A stretch of DNA of 64,000 nucleotides. Source: Desulfomonilia bacterium (GTDB taxonomy: Bacteria > Desulfobacterota > Desulfomonilia > UBA1062). Positions 58,219 to 64,000 of the stretch are shown here, one piece after another. Numbering within the stretch: position 1 is the first letter of the stretch; each line of letters starts with the position of its first letter. The stretch spans positions 544,001 to 608,000 of the forward strand of contig CAXXDQ010000003.1 in the NCBI GenBank assembly GCA_963664325.2. Direction: 5' to 3'. The notes under the pieces are model-generated. The model was not told the DNA's origin. It did no database searches and saw nothing but the letters and a program-made list of their open reading frames with translations. Made by a program: the position numbers and the translations under genes.

Positions 58219-61200
58219 ATGAACATTTCCAGCATCTTTATACGCCGCCCGATCATGACCACACTGGTCATGATGTCTTTTCTCGTATTCGGGATTGTTG
58301 CATACAAAGGCCTGCCTGTAAGCGAGCTCCCCAATATAGATTTCCCGACAATCCGTGTTACGGCCAAGCTGCCCGGCGCCAGCCCTGAAACCATGGCCTC
58401 CGCAGTCGCAAGACCCCTTGAACAGAAGTTTTCCTCGATAGCGGGCATTGATTCCATGACGTCATCGAGCTCTCTGGGGGAAACCCAGATCACGATACAG
58501 TTCAACCTTAACCGCAATATCGATGCGGCTGCACAGGATGTCCAGACAGCCATCGCCGGGGCCGTGCGCCAGCTTCCCAACACCATGTCAACTCCTCCCA
58601 CATTCAGGAAGGTCAACCCTGCGGACCAGCCGGTTCTTAATATTTCTCTGAATTCTCCCACCCTTCCTCTGTCAAAGGTTGACGAATACGCCGAGACGAT
58701 TCTGGCGCAGAGGATATCCATGATCGACGGGGTAGCCGAGGTGCAGGTCCGGGGATCGCAGAAATATGCGGTCCGCATCCGCCTTGATCCCAAGGCGCTG
58801 GCTGCGAGGTCCATCGGGATTGATGAAATAAGCGACGCCATACAGTCGGGAAATGTCAACCTGCCGACAGGAACCCTGTGGGGAGACTTCAAGGCGTTCA
58901 CCTTAAATACCCCCGGACAGCTTGAAAACGCATCCGCTTACAAACCGCTTATCGTCGCATACCGTAACGGGTCTCCGGTCAGGCTCGGCGACGTGGCGCA
59001 GATAATCGACAGTGTTGAAAATGATAAGCAGGCCTCGTGGTATAACAATGACCGGTCCATCATCCTGTCGATCCTCCGCCAGCCCGGTACCAACACTGTT
59101 CAGGTCGTCCAGGCCGTTAAAGACATACTTCCCGGTTTTGAAAAGATCCTTCCCGCTTCGGTTAACCTCGATATCGTTTATGACCGCTCGGTCTCAATAA
59201 AGAAATCAATTCGGGATGTCCAGATTACCCTGCTGTTTTCGCTCTTTCTGGTCGTAATCGTAATTTTCCTTTTCCTGAGAAATTTTTCCGCGACAATAAT
59301 ACCGAGCATGGCATTGCCCATGTCCATTGTCGGCACCTTTGCAGCAATGAAACTTGCAGGATTCAACCTTGACAACCTTTCGCTCATGGCGTTGACGCTG
59401 TGCGTGGGATTTGTTGTTGATGACGCCATTGTCATGCTGGAGAATATCGTGCGCCACATGGAACATGGCGAAAGCCCCGGTGATGCCGCCTTCAACGGAT
59501 CAAAGGAGATCAGCTTCACGATCATTTCAATGACGCTGTCCCTGGTGGCGGTGTTCATCCCCGTTCTTTTCATGGGCGGCATTGTAGGCAGGCTCCTGAA
59601 TGAATTTGCAGTAACGATAGCCGTGGCTGTCCTGATCTCCGGGTTCGTATCACTGAGTCTTACGCCGATGCTCTGCAGGACTTTCCTGCGGCCTCCCGGC
59701 GAGGTTAAGCACAACCGCATCTATCAGACGTCCGAGCGCTTTTTTGGCGGGCTGCTAAGCGGTTATGATAAAAGCCTAAGATGGGTATTGAAATACAAGA
59801 GGTTAACGCTTGCCGTGTCCCTGGTTTTCCTGATAGCCGTTATCTGGCTGTATTTCAAGATGCCTATGGGCTTCCTGCCGAACGAGGATACGGGAATGAT
59901 ATCAGGGACGACAGAAGCGGCGCAGGGTACGTCATTCAAAACAATGATCGAATATCAGCAGAAGATCGTGCAGATAATCAGAAGGGACCCCAATATCGAT
60001 ATATTGATGTCATCCGTGGAAGGCGGTGAGGATGGATTTCTGATGATGCGCCTGAAGCCTCGATCTGAACGCCCTTTGAACGCTGATGAGATAATTCAGG
60101 AACTGCGTCCGAAGCTCGCTGAAGTCCCGGGCATAAAAGTATATCTGAAGAATCCTCCACCCATTCGCATTGGAGGATATCAGACACAGAGCCAGTACCA
60201 GTATACGTTGCAGAGCCCGGATATCAAAGAGCTCTACCGCTACGCACCGGTGCTCGAGTCGAAAATAAAGGAACTGCAGGGCTTTCAGGATGTGACCAGC
60301 GACCTTCAGCTCAAAAACCCCCAGATTACCGTGAATATTGACAGAGACAAAGCGGCTTCCCTGGGCCTCAATGTCCTTCAGATCGAGCAGACGCTAGGAA
60401 GCGCCTATTCATCAAACCAGATATCAACGATTTACGCACCCGACAACGGCTACCAGGTCATCCTTGAAATCGACCCCGAATACCAGATGGACCCCTCGGC
60501 ATTATCCCTGCTTTATATCCGTTCGAACAAGGGGAGCCTTGTTCCGCTGAGCACGGTGGCAAGCTGGAAGTACAGTATCGGTCCGCTCTCCGTAAACCAT
60601 CTGGGGCAGCTTCCAGCAGTGACCATCTCTTACAATCTGGCGCCCGGCAAGCCGCTTGGCGATGCGGTTAAGGAAGTGGAAGAGCTTGCAAAAACAACCC
60701 TGCCTGATTCGATTACGGCAAGCCCACAGGGGACGGCCCAGGCATTTGAATCGTCCATGTCAGGAATGGGCATATTACTGATTGTGGCCATCCTGGTGAT
60801 CTATGTCGTGCTTGGAATACTCTATGAAAGTTTTATTCACCCGCTCACGATCCTTTCCGGCCTGCCGTCAGCAGGCCTCGGCGCCCTTGTGACATTATTG
60901 ATTTTCCATGTAGATCTCAACCTGTATGCTCTGGTGGGGATCATCATGCTGGTCGGCATCGTAAAGAAAAACGCGATCATGATGATAGATTTTGCGCTGG
61001 ATGCCGAGAGGAATGAAGGCAGGAATCCTGAAGACGCGATTTATGAGGGTGCGCTAATACGCTTCAGGCCGATTATGATGACGACCATGGCTGCCCTGAT
61101 GGCAACGCTTCCGATTGCAATAGGCCTGGGAGCGGGAGCTGAGTCGAGAAGGCCGCTGGGCCTCGCTGTGGTGGGCGGCTTACTGTTTTCCCAGATTGTG

Positions 61201-61284
61201 ACGCTGTATATAACACCGGTGACCTACATCTACCTGGATAAATTGCAGAGGGCCGTGGTGAGGCTTTTCAGCAGAAACCGTTGA
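58219..61284 (+). CDS. RND efflux permease (MdtB/MdtC-like)
   Basis: FIRRPIMTTL, LPGASPETMAS, GFVVDDAIVMLENI, GIVKKNAIMMIDFA, RFRPIMMTT. Confidence 0.95.
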   Translation: MNISSIFIRRPIMTTLVMMSFLVFGIVAYKGLPVSELPNIDFPTIRVTAKLPGASPETMASAVARPLEQKFSSIAGIDSMTSSSSLGETQITIQFNLNRNIDAAAQDVQTAIAGAVRQLPNTMSTPPTFRKVNPADQPVLNISLNSPTLPLSKVDEYAETILAQRISMIDGVAEVQVRGSQKYAVRIRLDPKALAARSIGIDEISDAIQSGNVNLPTGTLWGDFKAFTLNTPGQLENASAYKPLIVAYRNGSPVRLGDVAQIIDSVENDKQASWYNNDRSIILSILRQPGTNTVQVVQAVKDILPGFEKILPASVNLDIVYDRSVSIKKSIRDVQITLLFSLFLVVIVIFLFLRNFSATIIPSMALPMSIVGTFAAMKLAGFNLDNLSLMALTLCVGFVVDDAIVMLENIVRHMEHGESPGDAAFNGSKEISFTIISMTLSLVAVFIPVLFMGGIVGRLLNEFAVTIAVAVLISGFVSLSLTPMLCRTFLRPPGEVKHNRIYQTSERFFGGLLSGYDKSLRWVLKYKRLTLAVSLVFLIAVIWLYFKMPMGFLPNEDTGMISGTTEAAQGTSFKTMIEYQQKIVQIIRRDPNIDILMSSVEGGEDGFLMMRLKPRSERPLNADEIIQELRPKLAEVPGIKVYLKNPPPIRIGGYQTQSQYQYTLQSPDIKELYRYAPVLESKIKELQGFQDVTSDLQLKNPQITVNIDRDKAASLGLNVLQIEQTLGSAYSSNQISTIYAPDNGYQVILEIDPEYQMDPSALSLLYIRSNKGSLVPLSTVASWKYSIGPLSVNHLGQLPAVTISYNLAPGKPLGDAVKEVEELAKTTLPDSITASPQGTAQAFESSMSGMGILLIVAILVIYVVLGILYESFIHPLTILSGLPSAGLGALVTLLIFHVDLNLYALVGIIMLVGIVKKNAIMMIDFALDAERNEGRNPEDAIYEGALIRFRPIMMTTMAALMATLPIAIGLGAGAESRRPLGLAVVGGLLFSQIVTLYITPVTYIYLDKLQRAVVRLFSRNR

Positions 61285-61492
61285 GTGACAGGATCACGCG
61301 ACAGACCACCGCAGGATTGCCGATGACCCGTTTGATCAAGGACGAACACAGGCGTTTTGACCGGACCGGGAAATTAGGGAAAAGAACTTTTGCAAAAAAT
61401 AATGGGCTTCTTTCGGAAAAACCGTTTCTCGATTTATTGAGACGGGCTGTCTATTGTTATGTTCTATAGGGAAAATATTATTAAATAATCAA

Positions 61493-61568
61493 TGGTGGAG
61501 CCGAAGGGGATCGAACCCTCGACCTCATGAATGCCATTCATGCGCTCTCCCAACTGAGCTACGGCCCC
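61493..61568 (-). tRNA. tRNA-Ala (GGC)
   Basis: Reverse complement GGGGCCGTAGCTCAGTTGGGAGAGCGCATGAATGGCATTCATGAGGTCGAGGGTTCGATCCCCTTCGGCTCCACCA; 76 nt, G3:U70 pair, CCA end. Confidence 0.97.
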
Positions 61569-61813
61569 ACGTTATCCGGATAGTGCTTGTGGGTAGCATA
61601 TAAAATTGCGCGTTTGCAATATGAAATTTCCAGTGCTAAATACTTATGTAATTGATATTCATGCGCGCGGATGATTGTGTATTCATATAAAAATACTTGC
61701 TGCTCAGGCCGTTCCAGTTTATAGTTGGAATCTTCGCTAAATGTTGGTTTCATGCCGCTTGCCAGATTCAGGCGCGTGTGGTAAAGACCAGAAAAACAGG
61801 CACAGGGGGCAAT

Positions 61814-62563
61814 ATGTCCGGTCATAATAAGTGGAGTACTATCAAACACAAGAAAGGGGCTGCTGACGCTAAAAGAGGCCAGCTCTTCAGCAAGCTTATC
61901 AAGGAAATCACTGTGGCTGCAAGGATGGGTGGAGGCGACCAGACCTCGAATGCCCGTTTAAGGACTGCGGTATTAACTGCAAGGGCAGCCAACATGCCCA
62001 AGGACAACATAGACAGGGCCATAAAGAAAGGAACCGGCGAGCTCGAGGGATTCAACCTTGAGGAATTCTCATACGAAGGATACGGTCCCGGCGGAGTGGC
62101 GATAATGCTGTCTGTCATGACAGACAACAAGAACAGAGCGGTTGCGGACATAAGGCATCTCTTTACTAAGTATAACGGGAACCTGGGCGAAAACGGCTGT
62201 GTGGCCTGGATGTTTGACAAGAAAGGCGTCATTGTAGTCGAAAAAGATGCGGTTGATGAAGATACCCTTTATGACATAGCGCTCGGTGTAGGGGCTGATG
62301 ATATAAGCGACCAGGGTGACAGCTATGAGATACTTACCGAGCCTTCCATGCTCGAAGATGTCAGGGCTGCGCTTGAGGAAAAGAAGATTGCATACACTTC
62401 TGCGGAAGTTTCAATGATCCCCAAAGATACAGTCAAGGTTACAGGCAAGAGCGCTCAGCAGGTGCTCAAGCTCATGAGTCTGCTCGAAGACCATGATGAT
62501 ATTCAATCAGTATCTTCCAATTTCGATATCGACGACGAGGAAATGGCTCAATTCCAGGGATAA
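61814..62563 (+). CDS. yebC: YebC/PmpR family protein
   Basis: [31 protein letters not shown]; precedes ruvCAB. Confidence 0.95.
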   Translation: MSGHNKWSTIKHKKGAADAKRGQLFSKLIKEITVAARMGGGDQTSNARLRTAVLTARAANMPKDNIDRAIKKGTGELEGFNLEEFSYEGYGPGGVAIMLSVMTDNKNRAVADIRHLFTKYNGNLGENGCVAWMFDKKGVIVVEKDAVDEDTLYDIALGVGADDISDQGDSYEILTEPSMLEDVRAALEEKKIAYTSAEVSMIPKDTVKVTGKSAQQVLKLMSLLEDHDDIQSVSSNFDIDDEEMAQFQG

Positions 62564-63052
62564 ATGATTATCTGCGCCTTTGATCCGGGTACTCACTGCA
62601 CAGGATATGGGGTTCTGGACATCGGGCACAATTCGGTAAAACACATAGCGCACGGGACGATAAGACCAAGGGCTGAAGGGCTTTCAGAAAGACTCAAGGA
62701 AATCCATCTCTGCGTAAAGTCCGTTCTTGAAGAATACAAACCTGTCGAGGCGGCGATTGAAACATCCTTTTATGCCGTCAATGCACAGACGGCGCTTAAA
62801 CTCGGCCAGGCAAGAGGCGTGATCATACTGGCTGCGACATTGATGGATCTGCCGGTCTTTGAATACACACCCACCGAAATCAAAAAGGCCACATGCGGGT
62901 ACGGACATGCGGGCAAGGACCAGATCAATGACATGGTGGCAATGCTGCTGGGCCTCAAGAAAAAATCGATCACCTCAAAAGATGCGACGGACGCCCTTGC
63001 AGTGGGAATCTGCCACGGGGCGTCACGAAGGATAAGGAGGTTCGCGCCGTGA
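62564..63052 (+). CDS. ruvC: Holliday junction resolvase RuvC
   Basis: DPG...GYGV, AIE, LGQARG, EYTPTEIKK, DATDALA. Confidence 0.95.
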   Translation: MIICAFDPGTHCTGYGVLDIGHNSVKHIAHGTIRPRAEGLSERLKEIHLCVKSVLEEYKPVEAAIETSFYAVNAQTALKLGQARGVIILAATLMDLPVFEYTPTEIKKATCGYGHAGKDQINDMVAMLLGLKKKSITSKDATDALAVGICHGASRRIRRFAP

Positions 63053-63612
63053 TAAGCGTGCTCAGGGGCGAGGTTTACAGTGCTGTTCAGGGCAGCCTTA
63101 CCATTATGGTGGGGGGTGTAGGCTATCTGGTAAACATACCCGCCGGTGCTGAAACAAACCTTAAACCGGGGCAGGAAGTAACCATTCCGACCGTGTTGAT
63201 TTCGAGGGAAGACTCCCTTGAGCTTTACGGTTTCCCTGATCCCAGGCAGAAGGAAATATTCTCGCTTCTCATTGGCGTTTCAGGGGTAGGGCCGAAAACG
63301 GCGATGAACATCATCTCGGGCACCGAGCCCAACAGGTTTCTGGATGAGATCGTCAATGAAAATATAAACTATCTGTGTTCGCTTCCCGGTATCGGCCGGA
63401 AAAGCGCCCAGCGCATAGTGCTTGAGCTCAAGGAAAAGATCATGAAACATTATCCGCGCCGGTTGAGAGGCATGCCGACGCCTTCCGAAGACGCGGTCCA
63501 GGCACTGATTGCGCTCGGCTATTCCGAAAACGTGGCAAGAAAAATAATATCGGGAATAAAGGCGGATAATGTTGAAGATATTATCAAAAAGGCGCTGAAG
63601 GACTTGAAATAA
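63049..63612 (+). CDS. ruvA: Holliday junction branch migration protein RuvA
   Basis: [47 protein letters not shown]. Confidence 0.95.
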   Translation: MISVLRGEVYSAVQGSLTIMVGGVGYLVNIPAGAETNLKPGQEVTIPTVLISREDSLELYGFPDPRQKEIFSLLIGVSGVGPKTAMNIISGTEPNRFLDEIVNENINYLCSLPGIGRKSAQRIVLELKEKIMKHYPRRLRGMPTPSEDAVQALIALGYSENVARKIISGIKADNVEDIIKKALKDLK

Positions 63613-64000
63613 TGGATAAAGATGAACTTACAGGAGCCGTTAAAGACCGTGAAGAGGCCGATTTTGAGTCGAACATCAGACCCAGAATTTTGAAGGAATA
63701 TGTAGGACAGGATGCGCTCAAGGCCAATCTGGAAGTTTTTATAAAAGCGGCTAAAACAAGGAAACAGCCGCTTGACCACTGCCTGTTCTACGGGCCCCCG
63801 GGGCTTGGCAAGACCACCCTTGCCTATATTATTGCCAACGAACTCAAGGTTAACCTGAAGGTCACCAGCGGGCCGGCCATTGAGAAGTCCGGAGATCTGG
63901 CCGCCATACTCACAAACCTTGAAAAAGGCGACGTGCTGTTTATCGATGAAATCCACAGGCTGGGCTCCGCCGTCGAGGAGATCCTTTATCCGGCGATGGA
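63612..64000 (+). CDS. ruvB: Holliday junction helicase RuvB, 3'-partial
   Basis: ATG 63612; [28 protein letters not shown] (Walker A), [13 protein letters not shown]. Confidence 0.95.
   Translation, partial: MDKDELTGAVKDREEADFESNIRPRILKEYVGQDALKANLEVFIKAAKTRKQPLDHCLFYGPPGLGKTTLAYIIANELKVNLKVTSGPAIEKSGDLAAILTNLEKGDVLFIDEIHRLGSAVEEILYPAM

Noticed and set aside
55732-61284. TolC-RND pump as the dedicated lipopeptide exporter
   Set aside because: About 27 kb from the cluster and separated by unrelated loci; nothing in the sequence links them
61493-61568. tRNA-Ala as attachment site of an island covering the accessory region
   Set aside because: No duplicate of the tRNA 3' end and no integrase seen in the window (by-eye search only)

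Overview
Chromosomal window from an anaerobic diderm bacterium, probably Desulfobacterota/'deltaproteobacterial' (inferred from corrinoid/RACo genes, TolC-RND and lipoproteins). (1) 1-28.9 kb: lipopeptide NRPS cluster that begins upstream of the window. Architecture is FAAL-ACP-C-A-T-C-A-T-E / C-A-T-C-A-T-C-A-T-E / C-A-T-R, followed by an SDR::ATC-hydrolase fusion, a type II thioesterase and a beta-lactamase-family serine hydrolase. Hand-read A-domain codes predict acyl-(Leu/Phe-like)-D-(Ile/Val)-Asn-Ser-D-Gln-Ala released reductively. (2) 28.9-32 kb: frameshifted MFS transporter, GAF-PAS-PAS sensor and a divergent Cro-like HTH. (3) 32-43.5 kb: a same-strand lipoprotein array. Seven intact genes share an N-terminal Ig-like module with a hypervariable loop and carry different C-termini (beta-propeller, LRR or none). 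The array also holds a C45 peptidase, gene remnants, an exact 61-bp repeat and palindromes at the junctions; it is the best candidate for an undescribed system. (4) 43.6-50.2 kb: corrinoid methyltransfer operon with three UroD/MT2 paralogues. (5) 50.4-55.5 kb: crotonase, palindromic element, low-GC gene within inverted repeats, VapBC, His-rich protein, Tat flavodoxin-ferredoxin, VOC enzyme. (6) TolC-RND pump, tRNA-Ala(GGC), yebC-ruvC-ruvA-ruvB (partial). All calls come from reading motifs by eye; no database searches were run.
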